Origin: an uncultured Pseudomonadota bacterium
GTDB taxonomy: Bacteria > Oederibacteriota > Muellerivitia > Muellerivitales > Muellerivitaceae
NCBI GenBank assembly: GCA_963836235.1
Contig: CAWIIP010000002.1
Coordinates: forward strand, 1,824,001-1,888,000
DNA: 64,000 nucleotides
Reading direction: 5' to 3'
The position numbers and the translations under genes are program-made. Positions 1 to 9,308 of this stretch are shown one piece after another. Under the pieces are notes generated by a model. It searched no databases. It was not told where the DNA came from and saw nothing but the letters and a program-made list of their open reading frames with translations. The stretch's first letter is position 1, and each line of letters starts with the position of its first letter.

Positions 1-77
1 AACCTTATTTTTTAATCAGCGGCTGATCATCAAAAATTTAAGGGATATTGGGTGGGGTTTTGCGCGAATCCTTGCAT

Positions 78-134
78 GACCTGAGATGGCTGAAGTCCCG
101 GCATTCATTTTCCTTCGGCGCATATCACGACTAG
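78..134 (+). pseudogene. Duplicated fragment of the pirin 5' end
   Basis: Translates DLRWLKSRHSFSFGAYHD*, versus DLGWLKSRHSFSFGEYFD at 861-914; the DNA is near-identical. Confidence 0.8.
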
Positions 135-154
135 GCTTAACCAAGCCTCGAGAT

Positions 155-183
155 TTGACAATTATATCGTTGGCCGATATAAT
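155..183 (+). promoter_or_regulatory. Sigma70 promoter of higBA with overlapping operator palindrome
   Basis: TTGACA(155-160)-17 nt-TATAAT(178-183); perfect inverted repeat ATTATATCG-N5-CGATATAAT (161-183). Confidence 0.9.
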
Positions 184-191
184 CCTCTTAA

Positions 192-482
192 ATGATTCGT
201 TCCATCGCCGATAAATTAACGCGGGATGTTTTCGATGGAATCAACTCCAAGGCGTCCCGTGGCCTCCCCTTGGAACTGCACCCGAAAGCCAGGCGTTTAA
301 TGGACTTCCTCAACGCCGCTGGAAATATCAATGACCTGCGGGTGCCGCCGGGAAATCATTTGGAAGCGTTAAGGGGTGATTGGCGGAGGTTTTATAGCGT
401 CCGCATCAACGACCAATGGCGAATTGCCTTTCGTTGGGTTGAAAACGCAGCGGAAGAAGTTCAAATTGTGGATTACCATTGA
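192..482 (+). CDS. higB: HigB toxin (RelE/ParE superfamily)
   Basis: PPGNHLEALRGD..YSVRINDQWRIAFRW..IVDYH signature; toxin lies upstream of antitoxin. Confidence 0.93.
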   Translation: MIRSIADKLTRDVFDGINSKASRGLPLELHPKARRLMDFLNAAGNINDLRVPPGNHLEALRGDWRRFYSVRINDQWRIAFRWVENAAEEVQIVDYH

Positions 483-509
483 GGTTCAGTTTTTTAAAAG
501 GAGAAGGCT

Positions 510-803
510 ATGCTACCGAAGTCCCGTCCTGCGACCCATCCCGGGGAAATTTTAAACGAAGAGTTTTTGAAACCCTTGGGAGTTTCACAAAATTCCTTTG
601 CCGCGCACTTGGGATGGTCTCACGCCAAAGTAAATGAAATCATCCATGGGCGGAGGGGAATTACCCCCGAGGCGGCATTGTCTTTAGCGGATGTTTTAAG
701 AACAACTCCTGATTTGTGGCTGAATTTGCAGAGAAATTATGATTTGTCGAAAGCTCAGAAAATCCACCATAAGAAAAAACCGATTTTAGCGAAAGCCGGA
801 TAA
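510..803 (+). CDS. higA: HigA antitoxin (HTH-XRE)
   Basis: HPGEILNEEFLKPLG..ITPEAAL..WLNLQ signature. Confidence 0.93.
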   Translation: MLPKSRPATHPGEILNEEFLKPLGVSQNSFAAHLGWSHAKVNEIIHGRRGITPEAALSLADVLRTTPDLWLNLQRNYDLSKAQKIHHKKKPILAKAG

Positions 804-821
804 AGAAATTAAGCCATCTCC

Positions 822-1523
822 ATGATGACCCTACGAAAGTCTAACGAACGCGGCTTGAGCGACCTGGGTTGGCTGAAGTCCCGGCATTCCTTTTCCTTTG
901 GCGAATACTTTGACGACGCCCAAATGGGGTTCGGCGATCTGCGAGTGATCAATGAGGACCGCATTCAGGGAGGGACCGGCTTTTCGACCCACGGGCACCG
1001 GGATATGGAAATCATCTCCTACGTCCTCAGCGGGGCGCTGGACCATAAGGATTCCATGGGCACGGCGGCGACGATATTGCCGGGAGAAGTTCAACGCATG
1101 AGCGCGGGCACGGGGGTGAGGCATTCGGAGCATAACCACCTGAGGGACCAGGAAACTCATTTCTTCCAAATCTGGATTTTGCCGGAAGAGGACAACCTGA
1201 AACCGGGCTACGCCCAAAAGGATTTCTCGAAGGAACTGGGGCAAGGAAAGCTATTCCTGGCGGCTTCCAAAGACGGCCGGGAAGGGTCCATCACCTTGAA
1301 CCAGGACGCCAACCTCTACCTGGGCCAATTGAAGGCGGGGGAGAAGGTGGAGTTGCCGATGCACTGGGACCGCAAGGGATGGCTGCAATTGGCCACCGGG
1401 GAATTGACGGTGAACGGCCAAAAGCTATCCGAGGGCGACGGACTGGCGATCAGCGAGGAAGGCCATGTCAGTGTCCAGGTACTAAAGGACTCGCACTTTC
1501 TTTACTTCAACCTGCCCGGTTGA
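822..1523 (+). CDS. Pirin family protein (YhhW type)
   Basis: LRVINED, HGHRDMEI, HKDSMG, MSAGTGVRHSE, QIWI motifs. Confidence 0.93.
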   Translation: MMTLRKSNERGLSDLGWLKSRHSFSFGEYFDDAQMGFGDLRVINEDRIQGGTGFSTHGHRDMEIISYVLSGALDHKDSMGTAATILPGEVQRMSAGTGVRHSEHNHLRDQETHFFQIWILPEEDNLKPGYAQKDFSKELGQGKLFLAASKDGREGSITLNQDANLYLGQLKAGEKVELPMHWDRKGWLQLATGELTVNGQKLSEGDGLAISEEGHVSVQVLKDSHFLYFNLPG

Positions 1524-1529
1524 AAGACT

Positions 1530-1952
1530 TTATTTCCAAGTCCGTCCCCGGGTTGAACTGTCGACCGACCACTTGCCCCCGCCCTTGGTGGCGATAAAGA
1601 GGAACAAGAAGCAGTAAAGCACCGCCAGCTCGCCGTGGTTGACGATGGGGAAAAAGTTGTTATCGGTCGCGAACTTCCAATGGAATTGGAAATAGGCCAC
1701 CGCCATTTGGCCGCTGGCCAGGAAGGCGGCCAGGTGGGTGAGAAAGCCCGCCAAAATCATCAGCCCGCAAACCAGCTCAATCATGCCGCCGAACCAAAGT
1801 TCGGACCCGACCGGAGGCCTCATGTTGGGGTCGGTCAATAGCCCTAAAATCTTCTGCGCCCCGTGGAACGAGAATAAAAACCCGGCCATGATCCTCAATA
1901 AGCTATAGGCTTCTTCCGAATACTTCGAAAATGAATTTCCGATTTTCATCAT
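1530..1952 (-). CDS. DoxX family membrane protein
   Basis: LLRIMAGFLFSFHGAQK, GELAVLYCF, GGGKWSVD. Confidence 0.9.
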   Translation of the reverse strand: MMKIGNSFSKYSEEAYSLLRIMAGFLFSFHGAQKILGLLTDPNMRPPVGSELWFGGMIELVCGLMILAGFLTHLAAFLASGQMAVAYFQFHWKFATDNNFFPIVNHGELAVLYCFLFLFIATKGGGKWSVDSSTRGRTWK

Positions 1953-2016
1953 TTGTCCCGCCTCCTTAAGTTTTGATAAGTGCCTTCATTTTGATTCACG
2001 ATCCGCAGCCCGGGAT

Positions 2017-2256
2017 TTAATACCGGTCGTTCACATGGGCCACCCGGATATTGTTGATGACCTGGTGAACCCCGCCGATGCCCTGAACCAGGGTGGTGAT
2101 CGCCCGCTTGTCCTCGTAATCGTTGTTGGTGCCCGACAGGTGAACCACGCCGTCCTTCACTTGGACGTGCATGTGCTCGCCCATTTGCCGGATTCGGCTG
2201 GTGATCAGGGATTCCAGCTCGACATCGTTTGAGTTCGAATGTGTTTCGTGTGCCAT
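2017..2256 (-). CDS. Single BON domain protein
   Basis: VQVKDGVVHLSG..GIGGVHQVINNIRV. Confidence 0.85.
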   Translation of the reverse strand: MAHETHSNSNDVELESLITSRIRQMGEHMHVQVKDGVVHLSGTNNDYEDKRAITTLVQGIGGVHQVINNIRVAHVNDRY

Positions 2257-2316
2257 TTTAAACCTTTCAAATCTTATTTGTGCCGCGACTCAAACAACTA
2301 TCCAATCCATCCGGCG

Positions 2317-3015
2317 TCAAAGTGCGAAAAAGCTGATACCCGCCTGCAAAGGGATAAAAACCGAAGGATTCGGCAAGGGAATGCCCAAGCCTTTGGGGGA
2401 CGTGAAATCGATGTCGACCCTCGACTGCAGGAAAACCGCCATGTCGCCGGAAAAGCGGTAAAGAACTCCCGCGCCCGGCGCCAAATAGAAGTCCATTTCG
2501 GCTTCGTCGATCTTAGCCGTGGGGTCTCCGGGGGCGTTGTTCTGGACGTAGGTGTTCAGGGCGACGCCGGCCCCTCCGAAGACATAGGGGCGAAAGAGGC
2601 CGTCGCCGAAGGTCACCCGGAGAATGGCGACCAGGGGAATATAGGCCAAGAGGGCGTTCGTCGCGCCGGAGGAGGGGGCGATGTTGTATTGGTAATAACC
2701 GGTGCCGATGAAGACGCAAAAAGTCCTGTCGAGGCGATAGCCGATGTTGATGTCGCCCCCCAGACCCAGGGCAGGATTCACCATACTGCTGAAGGAAGGA
2801 ATGGAGAAACTGCCGTCGACTTGTTCCACCCATTTTTGGTCCTGAGTCAAGGCGGGTTGATCGGGATTAGGGCTTGAGACGCTTTGGCTTTGAGGGGAGG
2901 ACGGGGCATTTTGATCTTGAATCGAATAGGTCGGCGTTTGAGTGGGGTTGTTCTGGGCTTGAACGGTTGAAGCGGCCAGAACCGATAGGAAAATCATGGA
3001 TGTTAAAAATTTCAT
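2317..3015 (-). CDS. Outer-membrane beta-barrel protein (8-strand-like)
   Basis: Signal peptide, FRPYVFGGAG strand, alternating aromatic strands, C-terminal GISFF. Confidence 0.7.
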   Translation of the reverse strand: MKFLTSMIFLSVLAASTVQAQNNPTQTPTYSIQDQNAPSSPQSQSVSSPNPDQPALTQDQKWVEQVDGSFSIPSFSSMVNPALGLGGDINIGYRLDRTFCVFIGTGYYQYNIAPSSGATNALLAYIPLVAILRVTFGDGLFRPYVFGGAGVALNTYVQNNAPGDPTAKIDEAEMDFYLAPGAGVLYRFSGDMAVFLQSRVDIDFTSPKGLGIPLPNPSVFIPLQAGISFFAL

Positions 3016-3142
3016 TCTTTACTCCTCTGGGTAAAGCCAGGAAATGGAAGACCGCGATGCCGGAAGAAAGGGGCCGGGTGGCGGAAAAGTATTTCGCCCC
3101 ACCCGATTTGGGCCCCTGCCGCTTCGGCCATCTGTATCACCC

Positions 3143-3352
3143 TTAATTATGACCGCCGACACCGATCCTCATGTCCACTCCACTGCGGGGCTGGTCATGA
3201 TGGTCGTAATAATGACGGTGATGATGGTGGTGATGGTAATAATGCCTTTCGGGCACCACGATAACGGCGCCACCACGAACTTCATCGGCCGCGGTGATTC
3301 CGGTGACCGCTAAAAACAGCAGTCCCAGCGAAACCTTCAATAAACTTTTCAT
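3143..3352 (-). CDS. Small secreted His-rich protein
   Basis: Signal peptide, HYYHHHHHHRH tract, AAGGAG RBS, upstream sigma54 promoter. Confidence 0.7.
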   Translation of the reverse strand: MKSLLKVSLGLLFLAVTGITAADEVRGGAVIVVPERHYYHHHHHHRHYYDHHDQPRSGVDMRIGVGGHN

Positions 3353-3387
3353 ACATTCTCCTTATTCGTAAGTCTGGTTGAGTTAAG

Positions 3388-3403
3388 AGCAAGAAGCGAG
3401 CCG
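3388..3403 (-). promoter_or_regulatory. Sigma54 -24/-12 promoter
   Basis: Minus strand reads cGGctcgcttcttGCt (GG-N10-GC with TTGC). Confidence 0.7.
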
Positions 3404-3465
3404 CCCCCTTGGGCGGCATTCGACCGCCTTTTGAACCTTCCGGGAACTTGACGCCCCCGAAAGGA

Positions 3466-3498
3466 ATCAAAATGAGGGCTCGGTGCGATCATTTTGAT
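3466..3498. promoter_or_regulatory. Palindromic putative enhancer (UAS), copy 1
   Basis: ATCAAAATGA-N13-TCATTTTGAT; identical arms and spacing at 9122-9154. Confidence 0.7.
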
Positions 3499-3604
3499 CG
3501 GGATCGGCGCGGCCTTTGCTTGGGGAGAAAATTCCTCGACGCCTCCGGCGGGCTTTTCCTTTTATCGAGAGGGGTTTGGGCGATTCCGGGCGCTTGAAAG
3601 GGCG

Positions 3605-3620
3605 GGGCACGTTCCTTGCT
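3605..3620 (+). promoter_or_regulatory. Sigma54 -24/-12 promoter
   Basis: gGGCACgttccTTGCT upstream of the DUF3494 gene. Confidence 0.8.
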
Positions 3621-3684
3621 CTAACCCCTGTTCTGGATTTCAGGATTGGTTTTGGGATTCAAATAAATATTTCAGGAAGTCAAA

Positions 3685-4446
3685 GTGAAAAAGATTCTAG
3701 TTGGTTTAATTTTGATGGCATCGCTTCCGATCATTTTCATGGCTGGATGCGGCAGTTCAAACCCTTCAGGCCCGACGAGTTCGGCAACCGCGACTCCGGC
3801 GCCCTATACGACGCCCCAAAAGACGCCTATGGCGATGGTCGTCCTTAATTCGGCCGCGAATTACGTGATCTTGTCCGCGACCGGGATCACCAACAGCGGA
3901 CCCAGCACCACTTGCGGCGGTTACGGGGTCTATCCGGATGGACTGACTTCGGTGACCGGGTCACCGGCTATCGTGGAGAGCTGCGGCGGGGATATCGATG
4001 TCGCCGACGGTGCGGCCAATACCGCTGAAGGGGATTTGGGCACCGCCTATACGGACGCCATGGGACGGACCGGTGGGGCCATCCTGCCGCCCGGAGCCGA
4101 TATCGGAGGCCAAACTCTTTATCCCGGACTTTACACTGAAACGGGCAACCTAAATATCGCCTCGGCCGATCTTCACCTGAGCGGCAATGGCGTCTTTATT
4201 TTCAAGGTCAGCGGCAACCTGGTCGTGGGACCGGGCCGACAGGTCATCCTGGCCAATAGCGCGAGCGCCGCCAATGTTTTTTGGGCGGTGGCCGGTTACG
4301 GAGCCTTGAATACCACGGTTGCTTTCAAAGGAAACATCATGGCCCATACAGCCGTGACCCTCAATACGGGGGCCACGCTGACGGGTAGGGCTTTGGCTGA
4401 GACCGCGAATGTGACTTTGCTGACCAATACCATCACCCATCCCTAA
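3685..4446 (+). CDS. Ice-binding-like (DUF3494) lipoprotein
   Basis: Lipobox MAGC, Pro/Thr linker, GGQTLYPGLY, VFIFKV, ANVFWAVAG, FKGNIMA, LTGRALA. Confidence 0.9.
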   Translation: MKKILVGLILMASLPIIFMAGCGSSNPSGPTSSATATPAPYTTPQKTPMAMVVLNSAANYVILSATGITNSGPSTTCGGYGVYPDGLTSVTGSPAIVESCGGDIDVADGAANTAEGDLGTAYTDAMGRTGGAILPPGADIGGQTLYPGLYTETGNLNIASADLHLSGNGVFIFKVSGNLVVGPGRQVILANSASAANVFWAVAGYGALNTTVAFKGNIMAHTAVTLNTGATLTGRALAETANVTLLTNTITHP

Positions 4447-4541
4447 GGGATGGTTTTTAAAGTAAATATTGCCAAGCGGCCTAGCTGGGAGTTCTCCCCG
4501 CCAGGCTGCCTAAATTTGTTGGGATTTGAAAGGAAAAAGAA

Positions 4542-4988
4542 ATGAAAAAGGGCACAAAAGCAGGGGTTTTTTTAAGCTTCGGGGCGTTTTTAACCTTGGG
4601 AATGATGGCCTTCCTATTCTCCGGTTGCGGGGAGAAGAAGGTCGAGAATACCGAGGTGCCGAAGGCGCCGGAAACCAACGAGGCGGCGAAGGTCGAAACG
4701 GCCGCACCGGCTCCGGTGGAGAAGTACGTGGTCAAGGAAGGGGACACCTTGTGGGCGATCTCCAACCAATCGGGAAATTACTCCGATTCTTTCGAGTGGC
4801 CGCTGATCTTCAAGACGAACCGGGATGAAATCGTCGATCCGGATCAGATCACTCCCGGACAGGTTCTCGTCATCCAAAGGGGACAAACGGCGGAGCAAAC
4901 CGAGCATACCCGCCAGCTAGCCAGCGACACGCCGGCTTTCGTGTCCCACGAAGAGCCGAGGACGACCCTTCCGGTTAATTACTTCTAG
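4542..4988 (+). CDS. LysM domain lipoprotein
   Basis: Lipobox FSGC; YVVKEGDTLWAIS..WPLIFKTNRDEIVDPDQITPGQVL. Confidence 0.9.
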   Translation: MKKGTKAGVFLSFGAFLTLGMMAFLFSGCGEKKVENTEVPKAPETNEAAKVETAAPAPVEKYVVKEGDTLWAISNQSGNYSDSFEWPLIFKTNRDEIVDPDQITPGQVLVIQRGQTAEQTEHTRQLASDTPAFVSHEEPRTTLPVNYF

Positions 4989-5073
4989 AGCTTCACGCCC
5001 ATCAGCGAAAAGCTTCATAACCACGGATGAAACCATCCGTGGTTGATTTTTTTACCCCGAATTGAGGAGTCCC

Positions 5074-6300
5074 ATGAACGCATTACCGAAGACCGAATTG
5101 GAAAATACGGAGAAGGACACGAAGCGGGTCATTCGATTTGAACTGGCGCCCTCGACCATGATCACGCTGGTTCTGGTCCTCGCCGGCTTATGGCTGTTGT
5201 TCAAGCTTTTGCCCGTCATTCTCGTGCTGGTCGCGGCTTTTTTTATCGTGGGAACCCTGAACCCGGCCGTTCATTGGCTGGAAAGCAAACGGGTCAGCCG
5301 GATGCTGGCGATCGGGATTGTTTTCGGGTCGCTCCTGGTCGTCACCCTGACGATGGCGATATTGACGGTTCCGGCGCTTTTGGCACAGGCCTCGTCGATC
5401 CTGGAACAGGAACCGGCTTTGCGAGCCCAATTGGCGGACCGGCTTTCCGGCTTTCCCCTCAGCGAGGCCTTGGGGAAATGGCTGCGTAATTTCAAGTATG
5501 GCGGTCCTATCAGCACGGCGGGCGCCACGGCCTTCGCCTATTCCATGGACGCCCTGGCTTTCGTCACTTACAGCCTCAGCGCCATCTTCCTGGCCCTCTA
5601 TATCATGCTCGACCGCGACCGGCTGCGGGGCGGGCTTTTCGCCGCCGTTCCCCGGTCGCACCACATCCGGCTTTCCCGGGTGATGATGAACCTGGAAACC
5701 ATCGTGGGCGCTTATATCCGGGGCCAGCTGATCACGAGCGCGGCTATCGGCGTTTTCATCCTGATCCTCCTGGTGGCCTGCGGGGTCGAGAACGCCGTGG
5801 CGCTGGCGGTCTTCGGTGCCGTCGCCGACATCCTGCCCTATATCGGCATCTTCCTCCCGATCGCCGCGGCGATCCTATCGGCGGTTCCCCGGGGCCCGGT
5901 GGTCACGATCGTCGTCCTCGCCCTCATGTTCATTTACATGGAATTCGAGAGCCGGGTGCTGGTGCCGAAGGTTTACGGCCAGGCCCTGCGCCTGCCCTCC
6001 ACGGTAATCCTTTTTTCGCTTTTGGCCGGGGGGACTTTGGCGGGAATCACGGGCGCCCTGCTGGCGCTTCCTTTCGCGGCGGCCGCCATGATGCTGATTG
6101 AGGAACTGAGGGTGCAATTGCCCGGTGAACAGGCGCAAGTGGCGGATGAGGCGTTGAAAGAGAAGGATGACCGGGGCGAAGAGGAATATGAACGCCGGAC
6201 CGAGGGGGTTTCGGCCGAGAAATCCGCCGCCATCGCGGTGGAGATATCCGGGGACCGGGTGAAGGAAGAAAGTGAGTCTTTGAAAATGGTGGAGCCGTGA
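5074..6300 (+). CDS. AI-2E family transporter
   Basis: Multiple TM segments; YIRGQL, LPYIG, ESRVLVPKVYG, GITGALLALP. Confidence 0.9.
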   Translation: MNALPKTELENTEKDTKRVIRFELAPSTMITLVLVLAGLWLLFKLLPVILVLVAAFFIVGTLNPAVHWLESKRVSRMLAIGIVFGSLLVVTLTMAILTVPALLAQASSILEQEPALRAQLADRLSGFPLSEALGKWLRNFKYGGPISTAGATAFAYSMDALAFVTYSLSAIFLALYIMLDRDRLRGGLFAAVPRSHHIRLSRVMMNLETIVGAYIRGQLITSAAIGVFILILLVACGVENAVALAVFGAVADILPYIGIFLPIAAAILSAVPRGPVVTIVVLALMFIYMEFESRVLVPKVYGQALRLPSTVILFSLLAGGTLAGITGALLALPFAAAAMMLIEELRVQLPGEQAQVADEALKEKDDRGEEEYERRTEGVSAEKSAAIAVEISGDRVKEESESLKMVEP

Positions 6301-6355
6301 AGGCGTTGGAATGGCGGCCGGGAATGTTTAAAAAAATCATCGGGAAAGAGGAGAG

Positions 6356-7153
6356 ATGATCATGCTTGAGAAAAAACAACAGAAAGCGCTTCAGGACAAA
6401 CTGGTCAGCATGGCCAAAAAGGTTTATCGTGGCCCTTGGGAATTGGGGAAGTTTTCCAAGAACGAAAGAGCCAACGTCATCATCAATAACATCGAGAAGA
6501 TGCCCCATATTTTCGTCATGGCCTGCCTCTTGGGCCGCCAGTTCCACGATGAGAAGGCCTGGGAAACGATGGCTTACCTGGAAGAAAGGACCGGCACGCT
6601 CGACATCCAGAAATTGAGCCGCCTCACCTTGGGCGACTGGGAAGAGGCTTTCACGAAACCCACCCCCTTACACGGCTTTCCACACGAAATGGCCCGCACG
6701 GTTATGGCGGCCGTCCAACGTATCGTCAAGGAATATGGCGGCAATGCGTCGCGTTTATGGAGTGACAAGCCCTCCAGCGCCACGATGATCAAACGGTTCC
6801 TGGAATTTGAGGGAATCGGCCCCAAGGTTTCGACCATGGCCGCTAATATTCTGGCGCGCTATTTTAAAATCAAGATGAGCGATTATTATTCCATTGAAGT
6901 GACGGTGGATGGGCGCATGAAGCGGGTTCTTTCCCGAATGGGCATCGTCGACTCCAAAAAACCAAGATATATCCAATTGACCGTCCGGGAAATGTATCCG
7001 AAGTACCCGGGGATTTTTGACCCGATTTTTTGGGAAATTGGAAAGTTCCATTGTTTTCAGGTTCATCCGGATTGCGCCGGGTGCCCGGCTAATGGATTGT
7101 GCCAGTACAGCCTGGTTCAGGGAAAAAAGGAACGACCGGTGTTGATCCGTTGA
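6356..7153 (+). CDS. HhH-GPD endonuclease III-like protein with 4Fe-4S motif
   Basis: HhH FEGIGPKV, VD motif, C-X6-C-X2-C-X5-C at the C-terminus. Confidence 0.8.
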   Translation: MIMLEKKQQKALQDKLVSMAKKVYRGPWELGKFSKNERANVIINNIEKMPHIFVMACLLGRQFHDEKAWETMAYLEERTGTLDIQKLSRLTLGDWEEAFTKPTPLHGFPHEMARTVMAAVQRIVKEYGGNASRLWSDKPSSATMIKRFLEFEGIGPKVSTMAANILARYFKIKMSDYYSIEVTVDGRMKRVLSRMGIVDSKKPRYIQLTVREMYPKYPGIFDPIFWEIGKFHCFQVHPDCAGCPANGLCQYSLVQGKKERPVLIR

Positions 7154-8265
7154 AGCGCCGACGGTTTTATTTCACATCGAGTCGAAAGACGAGGGGGGTC
7201 GGCTTTTTCCTGGCCCTTGTCTCACTTTGGGTCGGGGGATGCAGCACCCTTCCCGCTCATTACGTGCCGATCTTGCCGGCCCCGGTGACGAGTTTCCCTC
7301 CGGTCAAACCCGGTCTGGTTCGCTTGCCGGTGGATATCGTCTTTCCCAGCGGCGGCGACTTCCTCCAGCATCTTTCCAACCTTTTCAAGGGCGGGCTCCA
7401 GCAACTGGTGCCGGATATCAGCCGGGCGCCGGGGCTAGACGTGAAATCCCACGTGGCCAGCCTCTGGGCGACCATCGAGGCACCGATCTTTTTGGATAAG
7501 GACCTTTGGCTTGTCATCCACCCCCGGACTTTGGCCATCGGGATGATGAGGACCGACCTGAAGCGGATCGCGACCCTCCATAGCGTTTTGGAAATGACCG
7601 CCAACCCCGAAATTATTTTCGGGCCCAAGCCCCTGGCTGGCCCCACGGCCATGCCCCCACTCGGCCGCTTTCGGCCGGGTCCTGGCACCTTCCGGGCGAT
7701 GAGCAATGTCCGCATCAGTTATAAAGAAGCCAATGACTATTTCCGGGACCCCCGGTTGAAGATTATCGGCATGGTTTTGCCCGGGACGGGGGGCCAGAAG
7801 GTGACGCTCGATGGGATCCGGTTGTACGGATCGGGCGGGAAGGTGATCGTCGAAGTGAAGCTTCATTACAACCCGCTGATCGTCAATTTAGGGACCAAAC
7901 CGGCCAAACTGACGATCTACCTCCGGGGGACTCCCCGATTTCTTCCGCAAAAACGCATGTTCGACATGCCGGACCTTGATTACGACATCAAGTCCAGCGA
8001 CCTGATGGTCCAAGTGGCCGACTGGCTCTTCAAGTCGGATTTCAGAAACCAATTGCGCAAAATTGCCGTGCTTCCCATCGGCCCCAAAGTGGATCTGATC
8101 AAGGCAAAAGTAAACAAGGCCCTCAACCGGCCCCTGGACCGATTCGCCAGCCTCCAGACCCAGGTGAATTATTTAAGGATATTGGACGGGTTCGCGGACA
8201 ATGAGGGAATCGAAGTGCGCGTGGCCATCCGGGGGACGGCCACCCTCGAAGTGACCTGGAATTAA
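7150..8265 (+). CDS. DUF4403-like lipoprotein
   Basis: Lipobox VGGC; IYLRGTP..DLDYDIKS..QVADWL pattern; start codon uncertain. Confidence 0.55.
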   Translation: MKRRRFYFTSSRKTRGVGFFLALVSLWVGGCSTLPAHYVPILPAPVTSFPPVKPGLVRLPVDIVFPSGGDFLQHLSNLFKGGLQQLVPDISRAPGLDVKSHVASLWATIEAPIFLDKDLWLVIHPRTLAIGMMRTDLKRIATLHSVLEMTANPEIIFGPKPLAGPTAMPPLGRFRPGPGTFRAMSNVRISYKEANDYFRDPRLKIIGMVLPGTGGQKVTLDGIRLYGSGGKVIVEVKLHYNPLIVNLGTKPAKLTIYLRGTPRFLPQKRMFDMPDLDYDIKSSDLMVQVADWLFKSDFRNQLRKIAVLPIGPKVDLIKAKVNKALNRPLDRFASLQTQVNYLRILDGFADNEGIEVRVAIRGTATLEVTWN

Positions 8266-8316
8266 GAAGGTCCGTTGGGTTCGGGACTTCTCCGGGGAAA
8301 CTTCAGCGCCCAAGCC

Positions 8317-8649
8317 TCAGGGTTTAATGGAAAGAGAACGGGTTCTTTTCTTAAGGACCGGCTTTTTGCCTCTCAGAGAGGACCAAAGGCTTCCCGCGAG
8401 GATTCCGCCGACGGCGGCCCAGGCGACAGATTTTTTCGGGTTTTCCTCGATGAACTGTTCGGCCTTTTTTTTCTGTTTTTTCAAGTTTCCCAACATATCC
8501 CGCATCGTGATTTTTGACAGGCCCAACTCGGCCAGAAACCCCTTGAAATTTTTACCCACGGCTTTTTTTTGCTTCAACGATAAAATTTTATTTTTGCCTT
8601 CGTTTAAATAATCGAAGAGTTTCTTTTTGACCGGTTCACGCGTGGACAT
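8317..8649 (-). CDS. Small basic C-terminally anchored protein (YqjD/ElaB-like)
   Basis: QFIEENPKKSVAWAAVGGILAG resembles the DUF883 C-terminus. Confidence 0.55.
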   Translation of the reverse strand: MSTREPVKKKLFDYLNEGKNKILSLKQKKAVGKNFKGFLAELGLSKITMRDMLGNLKKQKKKAEQFIEENPKKSVAWAAVGGILAGSLWSSLRGKKPVLKKRTRSLSIKP

Positions 8650-8666
8650 CTTTTGTTCCCCTATCT

Positions 8667-8981
8667 TTATTTTGTGGATGGAATCAACAACCTCAAAACC
8701 AACAATCCCAGAAGACCGCCGCCGATAAAAACGACCCCGCGCGGGATGCCGCAATCATCCATCGCTACGAAAAATAAGCCGAGCGTGACGCAGGTCAGGC
8801 TCATGGAAATCGAAAAGACCACGACGGCCAGCTTCACCACCCACCTTTGAAATTCCCCTTTGTGTTTTTCCAAGGACCTTTCGGCTCGATCCTCGATGGA
8901 ACCGATGTTTTTTAAGGCTAAAAAGGCCATTTCCCGGAGGCGGCTGAAAAGTGGAATGACCGCCGTTGTTTTTCGTGACAT
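8667..8981 (-). CDS. Small two-TM membrane protein (YqjE/holin-X-like)
   Basis: Two TM helices, next to the YqjD-like gene, downstream of a sigma54 promoter. Confidence 0.5.
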   Translation of the reverse strand: MSRKTTAVIPLFSRLREMAFLALKNIGSIEDRAERSLEKHKGEFQRWVVKLAVVVFSISMSLTCVTLGLFFVAMDDCGIPRGVVFIGGGLLGLLVLRLLIPSTK

Positions 8982-9043
8982 TTTTGCTTTCTGACGGGCT
9001 CGTCCCCATCTTCAAGGGTCCGACCGATGACGACTTCTAACAA

Positions 9044-9059
9044 AGCAAGAAGCAGGCCG
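9044..9059 (-). promoter_or_regulatory. Sigma54 -24/-12 promoter
   Basis: Minus strand reads cGGcctgcttcttGCt. Confidence 0.7.
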
Positions 9060-9121
9060 CGCGTTGAACCGCTCTTAACGGCCTTCTTTGGAACCCTTCG
9101 CGGTTCATCATTCGGAAAGGA

Positions 9122-9154
9122 ATCAAAATGAGAGTCCGGAATAATCATTTTGAT
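9122..9154. promoter_or_regulatory. Palindromic putative enhancer (UAS), copy 2
   Basis: ATCAAAATGA-N13-TCATTTTGAT. Confidence 0.7.
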
Positions 9155-9258
9155 CGGCTATCGGTGATAGGGCCGCTGAAAATATTTTTCCACGGCAAAG
9201 AATAGTCTTTTTTCGAGGCAGTCATGGGATTTACGGCTGCCTTCGACCCATCGCCACA

Positions 9259-9274
9259 CGGCATTGAACTTGCT
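9259..9274 (+). promoter_or_regulatory. Sigma54 -24/-12 promoter
   Basis: cGGCAttgaacTTGCT. Confidence 0.75.
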
Positions 9275-9308
9275 CTATTCATGTTAGGAAAATTCAAGGA
9301 GGAAGCTC

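Noticed and set aside
8918-9148. 76-aa minus-strand ORF
   Set aside because: It overlaps the sigma54 promoter and enhancer palindrome, so the region is better explained as regulatory DNA
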